Shown here: positions 37,703 to 45,899 of the stretch, in pieces
Position numbering within the stretch: position 1 is the first letter of the stretch
Layout: each line of letters begins with the position of its first letter
IMG/VR virus record: IMGVR_UViG_3300045988_105030
Source of the DNA: a virus
Reading direction: 5' to 3' (one strand)
Length of the DNA stretch: 64,000 nucleotides
Notes under the pieces: model-generated
Seen by the model: the letters and a program-made list of their open reading frames with translations, nothing else
The model's database searches: none
What the model was told of the DNA's origin: nothing
Program-made: the position numbers and the translations under genes

Positions 37703-38407
37703 TCAGGCGGATTTTCGGGCAGTGGGCCTGCGTACCGGCAGCAGGATCCCGAAACCGTCCGCGCTCTCAAAGTAGATGCCGCCAATGTCCGGGCGGTAGT
37801 TGGATGCCCGGAAGGACGCACCGGGGAGAATTTCCAAAATATCCAGCAGGAAACGGGCGTCAACGGTGGGAAGGCCGTCGCCGAAGTCGTACAGGGGGAA
37901 TTTTTCTTTTTTCCCTGCGGCCTTCAGCTCCGCGCCGCGCTGCTTGATATAGGCGCGAAGCTCCGCCGCCGTGGGTGCGGGCAGATATGCACCGCTGTTC
38001 CGGCTGGCTGGCTCGATGCAGTTCAGCGCGTCGAAGGTCTGATTTTCCGCCGTGGGGAGGTCGTTAAGGGGCGTGTTCAGGGCGATGGCAAGATAACCGT
38101 TGCACAAAATTTGCTTTCCGTCCTGTTCCCACGCGCCGCGCAGATCGTCCCGTGAGGAGGTCTTGAAGATATGCAGCGCGGCTTTTCTGGCGCTGCCGCG
38201 TCCGGCGGTTTTCGCGGCCTGCTGGGCGATGCCCTCCCGGAGATCGGCGGCGAGGTCTGCCAGGGCAAAACCGGCGTTATATCCGGCGCACTTGTGCAGC
38301 TCCGCCGCGTGGGTGGTGTAGTAGTTGAAGGCGTCCCGCTGTTCATCCGGCAGACGCTCCACCGCTGCCAGCAGCTTTTCCAGAATTTTTTCGTAGTTGA
38401 TAGCCAT
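37703..38407 (-). CDS. hypothetical protein
   Basis: ATG 38407 after ATGGAGG. 234 aa. Confidence 0.5.
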   Translation of the reverse strand: MAINYEKILEKLLAAVERLPDEQRDAFNYYTTHAAELHKCAGYNAGFALADLAADLREGIAQQAAKTAGRGSARKAALHIFKTSSRDDLRGAWEQDGKQILCNGYLAIALNTPLNDLPTAENQTFDALNCIEPASRNSGAYLPAPTAAELRAYIKQRGAELKAAGKKEKFPLYDFGDGLPTVDARFLLDILEILPGASFRASNYRPDIGGIYFESADGFGILLPVRRPTARKSA

Positions 38408-38442
38408 TTTATAAACCTCCATTTTTCGCGCTGTTCGCGCTG

Positions 38443-38640
38443 TCAATAGTATTCTTTGCCGCTTTCAAATTTTTTGATGGCGTCAATAATTTTTTTCGCG
38501 TCATTATATACGGTCTCCACATGGATATTTTTGTTTACATCACGCCAGATAATAATTTTTCTGTCTGGATTTGCACCTTGCGCCCGATATAATGCGGGAA
38601 AACCTTTTTCAAAATTGACGGGGCATCCATTTGTAGACAT
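38443..38640 (-). CDS. hypothetical small protein
   Basis: ATG 38640 (MSTNGCPVNFEKGF...). 65 aa. The upstream part of the tracked ORF lacks coding character. Confidence 0.4.
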   Translation of the reverse strand: MSTNGCPVNFEKGFPALYRAQGANPDRKIIIWRDVNKNIHVETVYNDAKKIIDAIKKFESGKEYY

Positions 38641-38749
38641 TGCCCCCGCTTTTTCATTTATAAAATACACTTTGAACCTCCGTTTTCTTGCGCTGTTCGC
38701 GCTGTTCGTGTTTTTGTGGATGGGGCGGCATCCGCCGCCCCGGTGGGGA

Positions 38750-40030
38750 TTAGTCGGGCTGTTCGGAAGCCTCGCCGCGTTTCCAACGGCGGAACACGGA
38801 AAGCGCGTTGCTTTCGTTGCGGCGGTGCAGCTCCTGAAGGAAAAACCGGGCAACATTCAAATTTTCCGCGTCGGTGGGGCTGATGGAGAAAATAGCGCTC
38901 TCGATCTGTTCATCCGTCAGCATTTGCACCGATTCGAGAATGTCGGCGAAGTCCTGGCGGGCCTGTTCCTGCTCCTGCTGTGCCTGTTCAGCCTTGCGGC
39001 GCTTGTATTCTTCCAGCCAGGGCGCGGGCATGACGGAGACCACGCGCCCGCCCTCGGTGTACTGTTCCAGCAGGTCGGCCACGGCGACGATGGCCGCGCC
39101 GGTCTCCTTGTCCTCGTCGGTGGGCTTGCCGTTGCCAAAATTTCCCTTGTCGCGCAGGAACGCGCCAAAGCTGCGAATGTGGGCAATGAGTCCGCCCTCG
39201 TTGTCGCCCAGGTCATAGCGGCCTTTATATGTGTCCTGCTCGCCGTCGGCGTTGGTGTACTCTATGGAAAATTTGGTTTTGTCATAGCCGCGTTCCTGGT
39301 CGTTATGGTTTTGCTCGTCCAGCGTCTTGAAAATGATCTCGGCGGCGGCGACGGAGAATTTCATACCATCATCAAAAGCGCAGTTTTCGCTCCATTCCAC
39401 GGTGACGACCGGGGCGCCGTCCTTGATGGGGTGTGCGGCGGCGGTCTGTTCGATGAAAGCGCGGTTTTCGTTGCGGGTGCGGATGGCCTTTTCCCGGCGT
39501 TCCAGCTCGGCGGCGTGTTCACGCGCCAGCCGCGCCGACTCGGCGGCGTTGTTCATTTCGTGGACGGCTTCCACGTCGGCGGCGGTGGGGTGTCCCTTGG
39601 GCAGGGTGGCCAGCTCGGCGGCGTTGCGGTCAAACTGTGCCTGCCGCCGGTCGATCTCGGCGCGGATGTCCTCCGGCTTGCGCCAGTGGTAGCGGCCGGG
39701 GGTCTTGGTGTCCTGCTCTGACTGCTTCAGTTTGGCGATATATTCAGGCTCGCCGCGCATGGCAGACTTGAGCGCGGCGGCGCGGACGTACTTGTAAAGC
39801 GGGTGTTCCGGGGTAACGGTGGCGCTGTCGCTGTCGAAATAGTCGGTGTAAAGGTCGGTTTCGTTCTTGACCTTGAACATATCGCGGGGAAGGTCGGCAT
39901 AATCGCGGGCGCTGATTGTCACGCTGTCGCTTTTGCTGTCGGTAAAGTAGAAGCAGCGGATCAACTTCCCGCCGTTTACCTTGATGCCGTTGTAAAAAAA
40001 GCGGATGGATTCTGTTTTGTTGGTGTTCAT
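38750..40030 (-). CDS. hypothetical protein resembling polyvalent-protein-associated (LPD-type) domains
   Basis: 426 aa. The N-terminus IRFFYNGIKVNGGKLIRCFY recalls domains seen in conjugative-element and phage polyvalent proteins. This is from memory only. Confidence 0.45.
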   Translation of the reverse strand: MNTNKTESIRFFYNGIKVNGGKLIRCFYFTDSKSDSVTISARDYADLPRDMFKVKNETDLYTDYFDSDSATVTPEHPLYKYVRAAALKSAMRGEPEYIAKLKQSEQDTKTPGRYHWRKPEDIRAEIDRRQAQFDRNAAELATLPKGHPTAADVEAVHEMNNAAESARLAREHAAELERREKAIRTRNENRAFIEQTAAAHPIKDGAPVVTVEWSENCAFDDGMKFSVAAAEIIFKTLDEQNHNDQERGYDKTKFSIEYTNADGEQDTYKGRYDLGDNEGGLIAHIRSFGAFLRDKGNFGNGKPTDEDKETGAAIVAVADLLEQYTEGGRVVSVMPAPWLEEYKRRKAEQAQQEQEQARQDFADILESVQMLTDEQIESAIFSISPTDAENLNVARFFLQELHRRNESNALSVFRRWKRGEASEQPD

Positions 40031-40112
40031 TTTATGTTTCTTTCTGCCCTCGTGACCTCCGGGGCGGGCGTGGTGTGGTTAGTGGGTGGGGCACTGAAAC
40101 AGGACGCAAAGA

Positions 40113-40340
40113 TCAGCCTTGGGCGCGAAGATGGGTTGTGACGTTGGCGGCCTCCGTGACTTCGTGCAGCGCGTCCGCGTAGCACTCGCGGTAAAGGTCA
40201 ACGCCGTATTTGTCGCGGATGGCGTCGAGCTGGGCCACGTCGAAAAGCTCCGTAAATGGTTCGTATCTGTGCGGGGCGGCGAGGCGGGCGGCGATGATCT
40301 CATTTCTGCAAGCCCAATATCCGGCGGTGCGGTCGTTCAT
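40113..40340 (-). CDS. hypothetical small protein
   Basis: 75-aa ORF preceded by the repeated leader element. Confidence 0.45.
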   Translation of the reverse strand: MNDRTAGYWACRNEIIAARLAAPHRYEPFTELFDVAQLDAIRDKYGVDLYRECYADALHEVTEAANVTTHLRAQG

Positions 40341-40412
40341 TTTGTTTCCTTTCTGCCCTCGTTACCTCCGGGGCGGGCTGTTCGTGGTTTGGGGGGGCTG
40401 ACGGTCTGGCGG

Positions 40413-41174
40413 TCAAAGGTTGTCCCGCTCCCGATTGTAATACTCCCGCCGCGCTGCCAAATATGCGGCCTTCTGGATCTCGTTAAATCCTGCGGCAGAA
40501 AAGAGCTTTCCCGCGTCGGTGTAGTCCTCCACGCCGGAGCAGTTGCCAAAGCAGGAAATTACGTCATAGTCGCCCTGCCAGTTGATCCCGTATTCGTGAT
40601 TATACATTTCCGACAGAAACGCGCTTTTCCAATATTCCGCGTTTTCTTTGTTGCGCTGTTCGGCCTCGTCCAGCCCTCGCAGCAGCTCCGCGCCGCGCTT
40701 CACAAAATCGGCATTTTCCGGGGCATAGTACGCCATAAAAACCGGGGAAAAAATCATCTTTTCTGTTTTCTTCTCGATCTCCGCCCGCTCCGCATCGCTG
40801 CCGATGAAAAACGCGGAAATATACGGGCGGCGCATGGCGTAGTAGTTGCGGATGTAGTAGGATTTGGCGGTGTAATCGTCGTAGCTGTTCACGGTCTGCA
40901 ACTCCTCATCCGTGAAAAGCTTCCCGGAAAGCTTCCGGCGGTAAATCTCGCGCAGCTCGTCCCGGCTCTTGCCGCCGTGGTGCAACTCGTAGTCGTTGGC
41001 ATAATAGATATGTCGGCCGTCAGCGCAGACGCAGGCGGAAAAGCCGAACGCGCCGCCGAAGTCGATATAATAAACCGTGTGGCCCTTGATCGTCTCCACT
41101 TCCTCCGCGAAGCTGGCCAGATCTGCCGCGCTCATGCGCTCAATGTCCTTGATGGTGTATCTGTACTCGTTCAT
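40413..41174 (-). CDS. hypothetical protein
   Basis: ATG 41174 after CAGGAGGAG. 253 aa. Confidence 0.5.
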   Translation of the reverse strand: MNEYRYTIKDIERMSAADLASFAEEVETIKGHTVYYIDFGGAFGFSACVCADGRHIYYANDYELHHGGKSRDELREIYRRKLSGKLFTDEELQTVNSYDDYTAKSYYIRNYYAMRRPYISAFFIGSDAERAEIEKKTEKMIFSPVFMAYYAPENADFVKRGAELLRGLDEAEQRNKENAEYWKSAFLSEMYNHEYGINWQGDYDVISCFGNCSGVEDYTDAGKLFSAAGFNEIQKAAYLAARREYYNRERDNL

Positions 41175-41240
41175 TTTTTCGCTCCTCCTGTTCAAAATTT
41201 TAATGGGGTGGGGCTGATGCGCTCAACCCCCCCAGAAGCG

Positions 41241-41327
41241 TTACCGGTCGCCGCCCAGCCATTCCACCAGGCGAACCACGGCGGAAGCCAGCCACGCCGC
41301 GCCGATGACCGTTGTTATAATGCCCAT
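41241..41327 (-). CDS. 28-aa hydrophobic peptide (speculative)
   Basis: MGIITTVIGAAWLASAVVRLVEWLGGDR. Its ATG lies 3 nt after the upstream stop codon. Confidence 0.25.
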   Translation of the reverse strand: MGIITTVIGAAWLASAVVRLVEWLGGDR

Positions 41328-41330
41328 GTC

Positions 41331-41534
41331 TCAGGCCTCCCGGGTGTAGTACGCGATATAGTGATAGTTGGTGGTGTCCCAGCGGGGAGAGTGGACGGCG
41401 TAGCCGGTGCCGAACTTGCCGGAATACTCCCGGATCACGCCCTCGATCCGGCGGCTGATGTAGCCGCGGGCGGCGGCGATGTGGTGCAGCGTGTAGCCCG
41501 CTGCGGTCAACTGATCGATAGTCTGATATGCCAT
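41331..41534 (-). CDS. hypothetical small protein
   Basis: ATG 41534 after GGAGGG. 67 aa. Confidence 0.45.
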   Translation of the reverse strand: MAYQTIDQLTAAGYTLHHIAAARGYISRRIEGVIREYSGKFGTGYAVHSPRWDTTNYHYIAYYTREA

Positions 41535-41550
41535 TTTCAAACCCTCCATT

Positions 41551-41727
41551 TCAAAAACTCGGTTGCAGCCGGATTTCCCACCGTCCGCAGATGTCGCCCG
41601 CGGCGTTCTTCGCGGCCTTCTTCAGGGCCTTGTCGATCGCCGACGCCTTGTCAGGGGCGGCGACAATAAACGCCTGGCGCTTGCCGCCGTTGTCGATGCA
41701 GCTAAAAGCAAACTTGTGATTTGTCAT
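41551..41727 (-). CDS. hypothetical small protein
   Basis: ATG 41727 after GGGAGGA. 58 aa. Confidence 0.45.
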   Translation of the reverse strand: MTNHKFAFSCIDNGGKRQAFIVAAPDKASAIDKALKKAAKNAAGDICGRWEIRLQPSF

Positions 41728-41895
41728 TTTTGATCCTCCCGGCCTTGCGGCCTGTCCTGTTGTTGTTTTTGCGTGGGGTGCGGTTTGCTGGATGCCGCCC
41801 AAAACCCCCGGCCAACTGATGGCAGACCGGGCGCCATGCCGGGGGACTCTACGCAGCCCCGGCCCCGCGAAAGGTGCTTTGCTATGGTCTTATTG

Positions 41896-41981
41896 TACTA
41901 CTTATCAAGTAGTATTACAATTGGCGGAATCACTAATTGTTAAGTAGATTTTATGTGTGTTTTGTATACTTGACAAGTATA
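41896..41981. promoter_or_regulatory. two palindromic operators in the divergent region
   Basis: TACTACTT-atc-AAGTAGTA (41896-41914) and TATACTTG-a-CAAGTATA (41965-41981). The second overlaps the -35 box. Confidence 0.55.
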
Positions 41982-41999
41982 GACCCCGCCGCGTATAAT
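41970..41999 (+). promoter_or_regulatory. sigma-70 promoter of the RHH gene
   Basis: TTGACA (41970-41975), 18-nt spacer, TATAAT (41994-41999). Confidence 0.6.
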
Positions 42000-42026
42000 G
42001 GGAGACGGTGGAAAGGGGGGCGAATA

Positions 42027-42227
42027 ATGCCAGTATCAGAGGCGCAGAAAAAGAGCGCCGCCAAATGGGACGCCAAAAACCTGGATCGGCTATCGCTGGC
42101 ACTCCCAGCAGGGAGCCGGGACGCGATCAAAGCCCATGCAGCCCAGCGCGGCGAGTCCGTCAATGCCTTTATAGGCCGCGCCATCCGGGAGCAGATCCAG
42201 CGCGACAACGCCGCCGGGAAGGACTAA
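42027..42227 (+). CDS. ribbon-helix-helix (Arc/antitoxin-like) DNA-binding protein
   Basis: ATG 42027. 66 aa. DRLSLALPAGSRDAIKAHAAQRGESVNAFIGRAIREQI is an RHH pattern. Followed by a hairpin and T-run. Confidence 0.6.
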   Translation: MPVSEAQKKSAAKWDAKNLDRLSLALPAGSRDAIKAHAAQRGESVNAFIGRAIREQIQRDNAAGKD

Positions 42228-42520
42228 GCCCCTCCGGCAAACAAAAAAGCAGCTTCAACGGTATTTGTGCCGCTGGAGCTGTCTTTTTTCCGTCCCCGGT
42301 CTACTCCTTCAAATAATACCAAACTGTCATAATCGCATTTTAACGCCCCTCCACGCGATTTTATATCTTCACAGCTATAACCACCCTCAAACGTACCCAA
42401 AACGCCGCCAGCATAGAGCAGGGACGCGGGAAAGCGCTTTATATGCGTTTCACCCCCCTACGCGTGCGCGCGCGTTTATTCCGTGCGCGGTTGTACAAAG
42501 TATCATAGAGTATCACATAA

Positions 42521-42780
42521 GAGAGAGCCAAGACACGCCACACACCGCCAGCCACGCCCACCACAGGCCGCAGACCTCCACCGCCTGCCACACCATCCAG
42601 AGACGGCAGACAGAGGACGGAGGACAGCCCAGACCCGCCCAGAGGGAGAGAGGGGAGAGGAGTCGCCCGGCGCGGCCTGTTCCACCGGCCACGAGCGCCC
42701 GCAGACGGTCGGCAGCAGCGGCCGCCACCAGCACCGGCAGCACGTCAGACCACCGGGGGACGGTCCGGAGCAGCCCGGAG
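42521..42780. other. T-depleted tract (about 4% T on the plus strand)
   Basis: Hand count gives 10 T in 260 nt and a 66-nt T-free run (42597-42662) that includes a 22-nt all-purine block. All six frames are open purely because stop codons need T or A. Confidence 0.7.
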
Positions 42781-42800
42781 GCTTCAAAAACCGGCGGCAG

Positions 42801-42921
42801 ACTTGTAAAATGCAAGAAAACTTGCAAGAAAAATCCACTACGTTGCGATAACGTCTGTTATTGAAACGTAACGCCCCCAGAAGTGACGGGCAAACTTGCA
42901 AAATTCCGACAGTCTTGCAGG
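42801..42921. repeat. cluster of ACTTGCAAG-type half-palindromes
   Basis: ACTTGtaaaatGCAAG (42801-42816), CTTGCAAG (42821-42828), ACTTGCAA (42894-42901), TCTTGCAG (42913-42920), plus ACGTTgcgatAACGT. Confidence 0.5.
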
Positions 42922-43304
42922 ACGGCCGGCCGCAGGCCATCAGCGGCGGGGGGGTGGTTTACAATTCGGAGCGGGGAATCCTGGCGCGTCTCCCCCGGAA
43001 CTCTCCTCCCTCTCCAAATGTTCCGTTCCCGCATCCATACGTTTCCTTTCAAACACTCGTGCCCTGTAAAGCTATGGCTTTGCGGGGTTTTCTTATGTCC
43101 ATAGGGGGGTGGTTTAAAAACGGAAGTCAAAAAAGTGTTTGCATAAAAAGGGGAAGCCAAAAAATTTTAATAAAGGTGATGGATAGTTGGTGTGATGCTG
43201 GGTGCTTGGTGGTGCCGTTTTGGTGGGCTGGCAAGCGTTATGTGGTGCTGTTGTGAGTGGTAAGAGAGATGTAGGTTATTTTTGCAGATTAGAGAAAAAA
43301 GGTG

Positions 43305-43325
43305 TTGACACGGGTAGCACAATCA
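43305..43325 (+). promoter_or_regulatory. shared promoter motif copy 3 (plus-strand small-gene operon)
   Basis: TTGACACGGGTAGCACAATCA, about 45 nt upstream of the 43370 start. Confidence 0.5.
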
Positions 43326-43369
43326 TAGAAAGGGCATGTTTTTATAGTACATGTAGGAGGTGATATGCC

Positions 43370-43603
43370 GTGGGCTTTGTAAATCAGCCGCTAACAAATG
43401 AAGCGGCAAGGAAACTGATGGCGCTGGACGAGTTTTCCCCTGTGTGCAGGTATAAAAATGATGATAAATCGTGTCCATCGCGCAGGGTTGCTTGCTCATA
43501 TCAGAAATATGACTACAATCCTGACGGGAGTATCAATCTTGTTGAGTGTGGGAGGACGCTTGAACGCCCACCCCAGAGCTGGGGATATGTGGAGGAATTG
43601 TAA
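43370..43603 (+). CDS. hypothetical small protein
   Basis: GTG start 10 nt after AGGAGG. 77 aa. Confidence 0.45.
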   Translation: MGFVNQPLTNEAARKLMALDEFSPVCRYKNDDKSCPSRRVACSYQKYDYNPDGSINLVECGRTLERPPQSWGYVEEL

Positions 43604-44010
43604 TGAAGAAAATTGCTTTTGACGACTTGCGCCAGTTTTTGCTTTACCGGCGCATTGTGAAGTGGAACGACGACCGCATCGAACTGGACAACGGCGTAAA
43701 AATCCGCATTGAAATGACCGACAACGACTGCTGCGCTTATGCGTCCGGTGTATTTCAGAATGTTGTGCTGGATGCCGCCATTACCAGTGTTTCGGAGATA
43801 ACCCACGAAAAATGGGAGGATGACGACACTTACGGCTGCCGCGCAAGGGTGACGATCATGCACAACAGGAACCCCATTTGCGAGGCATACGCAAACGCAG
43901 ACGCCGGGAACGGTGGGTATTACTATTCTATCGCATCGTTTGTTGTGACGCTGCCCGATGTGGACGAGGAGGGCGCGTGCGAGTTCGCAAATAGCGAATT
44001 TGAGTTTTAG
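43603..44010 (+). CDS. hypothetical protein
   Basis: 135-aa ORF, ATG-coupled, with SD GGAGGAA. Confidence 0.5.
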   Translation: MKKIAFDDLRQFLLYRRIVKWNDDRIELDNGVKIRIEMTDNDCCAYASGVFQNVVLDAAITSVSEITHEKWEDDDTYGCRARVTIMHNRNPICEAYANADAGNGGYYYSIASFVVTLPDVDEEGACEFANSEFEF

Positions 44011-44048
44011 GAGTAGGACGGCGCTACTTTTGACAGGAGGATTTTGTG

Positions 44049-44261
44049 ATGACCGAATTGAAACGCTGCCCTGAGTGCGGTGGAGTTGCAACCGTTATCC
44101 ATATGTACGATACCTACGATAGAGCAGACTTTGGGTGGGATGCCGGTTGTGGGAGATATAGGGCTGGTGATGGCCTCCACACAAAGGAGATGAAAGTATC
44201 TGGGCTGCCCAGCAAAGAAAAAGCAATCGAAGCATGGAACAGGAGGGCTGAAAATGGCTAA
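44049..44261 (+). CDS. Lar-family restriction-alleviation-like Zn-ribbon protein
   Basis: ELKRCPECGG ... C-terminus KEKAIEAWNRRA matches the Lar-family pattern. SD AGGAGG. Confidence 0.6.
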   Translation: MTELKRCPECGGVATVIHMYDTYDRADFGWDAGCGRYRAGDGLHTKEMKVSGLPSKEKAIEAWNRRAENG

Positions 44262-44568
44262 ATACATTGACAAGGAAGCAGCAATATCACTAATCAAACG
44301 GTATGGACATGATGCAATAGACGGTGGGAGATACAGCCTTGACACTGTTGACGATTGCAGAGAACTGGCAAACCGCATTGAAGCACTTCCCACGGCAGAT
44401 GTGGCGCCGGTAGTCCGTGGTCGGTGGATTAACGCTCCGCTTTGCGGAAACGCAATTTGCCGGTGTTCCGTTTGTGGCTATGTGACAAGTATTCACGCAA
44501 ATCTTTCCGGGCAGATAATGCAGATGTTTTGCCAAAGCTGCGGGGCGAAAATGGACGGTGTGGAATGA
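44254..44568 (+). CDS. hypothetical Zn-ribbon protein
   Basis: 104 aa. C-terminal CxxC...CxxC cluster. Confidence 0.5.
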   Translation: MAKYIDKEAAISLIKRYGHDAIDGGRYSLDTVDDCRELANRIEALPTADVAPVVRGRWINAPLCGNAICRCSVCGYVTSIHANLSGQIMQMFCQSCGAKMDGVE

Positions 44569-44861
44569 AAATCTACAAAAATCCGTGGGTGACGCGAGAA
44601 AGCTACTTTGTGGGAACTGGCGCTGCAAAGTCAGCAAAGATGGAGGCGGCGAAATCCAGCGGCTATTCTATTGATTTTTGGGACGGTAAATGGGTCGTCA
44701 GAAAGACAGCCTATTATAACAAGTCCCTATCTGAAATGCCTGTTGTTTGCGAAAACAGATGCAGTTTGCAGGCGCGAATTGACAAGGCGATTGTGGACAC
44801 GGTTCTTGGGTTTGTGGAACTGGCGAAGATGGACGGAGGTGACAACGATGCCAGCGTGTAA
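44565..44861 (+). CDS. hypothetical protein
   Basis: ATG 44565 in an ATGA overlap. 98 aa. Ends ...ELAKMDGGDNDASV. Confidence 0.5.
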   Translation: MKIYKNPWVTRESYFVGTGAAKSAKMEAAKSSGYSIDFWDGKWVVRKTAYYNKSLSEMPVVCENRCSLQARIDKAIVDTVLGFVELAKMDGGDNDASV

Positions 44862-45093
44862 AGTTTGTGGCAGATGGTTTGCAAAAATCCGAGACGACGA
44901 GGAACTTTGCGATAAGTGTGAGGTAGCATTGAGCCGATTGTCGGGTTATGCCGTGCCGGTGGTACGCTGCAAGGACTGCAAGTACTACGACCGGGGCGAA
45001 TGCTATCATCCGAGGCACGAGCGTCATCTGCAATCTATTTGCCAAGAGGACGACGACTTCTGCTCCTACGGCGAGAGAAAGGAGGAAATGTAA
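44848..45093 (+). CDS. hypothetical Zn-ribbon protein
   Basis: ATG 44848 after GGAGGTGA. 81 aa with several CxxC pairs. Confidence 0.5.
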   Translation: MPACKVCGRWFAKIRDDEELCDKCEVALSRLSGYAVPVVRCKDCKYYDRGECYHPRHERHLQSICQEDDDFCSYGERKEEM

Positions 45094-45509
45094 TGTCTGG
45101 TGGGTCTATGAACTATTTTTACGCCCAGCTTGAGCAATACGCCTCTTGCCTGAAGGACAAGGAACTGGTGGAGCTGGCGGAGGACATGGCGCGGCTTTTC
45201 CATAACCGTGAGTGGTTTGACTCTGGGGACATTGGCGAGGGCGCTTGGAACCGTTCCGTTGTGGAGTTCAAGAAGAAGTGGTTTTCCGCTCCCCGCGAGG
45301 AACGGTTGGAGAGGTATATCGACGAGGCCGTGTCTGATCTGAAGGCTTCTCTTGGCATTGGCAATTTCTGCAAGGACTGCGCTCTTTTTACGCCGCAGGA
45401 TGACGGATACTACGGTAGATGCCCGCACCAGACAAATGTGCTGGTGCATGGCTACGAAAAGCCTTGTGGTCTGTTTGATGCGCGGAAGGTCGGTGGTGGG
45501 GACGGATAA
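45093..45509 (+). CDS. hypothetical protein
   Basis: ATG 45093 after AAGGAGGAA. 138 aa. Confidence 0.5.
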   Translation: MSGGSMNYFYAQLEQYASCLKDKELVELAEDMARLFHNREWFDSGDIGEGAWNRSVVEFKKKWFSAPREERLERYIDEAVSDLKASLGIGNFCKDCALFTPQDDGYYGRCPHQTNVLVHGYEKPCGLFDARKVGGGDG

Positions 45510-45753
45510 GGCTATTTTCAAGATATGCACCGCCAAGCTATGCCCCAAGTGCATAGATGAAATGGCTGATGAGTATATCGTGCGGCCTACCCATGACATT
45601 GCGCTGGATGCGTCAAAGGACATTTCGGAAAAGGGCTACTGTGACCGCTGCCACGAAAAGAGCGTTATGCTCCGGCGGCGCAGGTACACCATGAACGCGA
45701 GAACGCTGAAAGCAAAGGGCTACGCGGATAGGTGGCGGGAATACATGGACTGA
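45478..45753 (+). CDS. hypothetical Zn-ribbon protein (start ambiguous: ATG 45478 or GTG 45493/45496)
   Basis: CPKC...CDRC pairs. Overlaps the previous gene's end. Confidence 0.4.
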   Translation: MRGRSVVGTDKAIFKICTAKLCPKCIDEMADEYIVRPTHDIALDASKDISEKGYCDRCHEKSVMLRRRRYTMNARTLKAKGYADRWREYMD

Positions 45754-45773
45754 CCGTGAGTATTCCCAAGAAT

Positions 45774-45899
45774 ATGACGAAAGGAATGTTTGACGGTGAA
45801 TACATACAACAGGCAGCCCACGAGATGGGAGAATGGGAGAAGAAAGACCCCTATACCGGATGGAACAATGATCGTACATTTGTGAGGAGGAAAGCATAA
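45774..45899 (+). CDS. 41-aa hypothetical peptide
   Basis: Its stop overlaps the next ATG (TAATG). Below the ORF-track cut-off. Confidence 0.3.
   Translation: MTKGMFDGEYIQQAAHEMGEWEKKDPYTGWNNDRTFVRRKA

Noticed and set aside
42265-42940. ORFs of 100-200 aa in all frames across the T-depleted tract.
   Set aside because: They are open only because stop codons on either strand need T or A here. The translations are low-complexity and no RBS is present.
32827-43325. I considered TTGACA of the shared motif as an ordinary -35 box.
   Set aside because: The only good -10-like hexamer (TAYAAT) lies 7 nt downstream instead of 16-18 nt. The positions 17 nt downstream are not -10-like.
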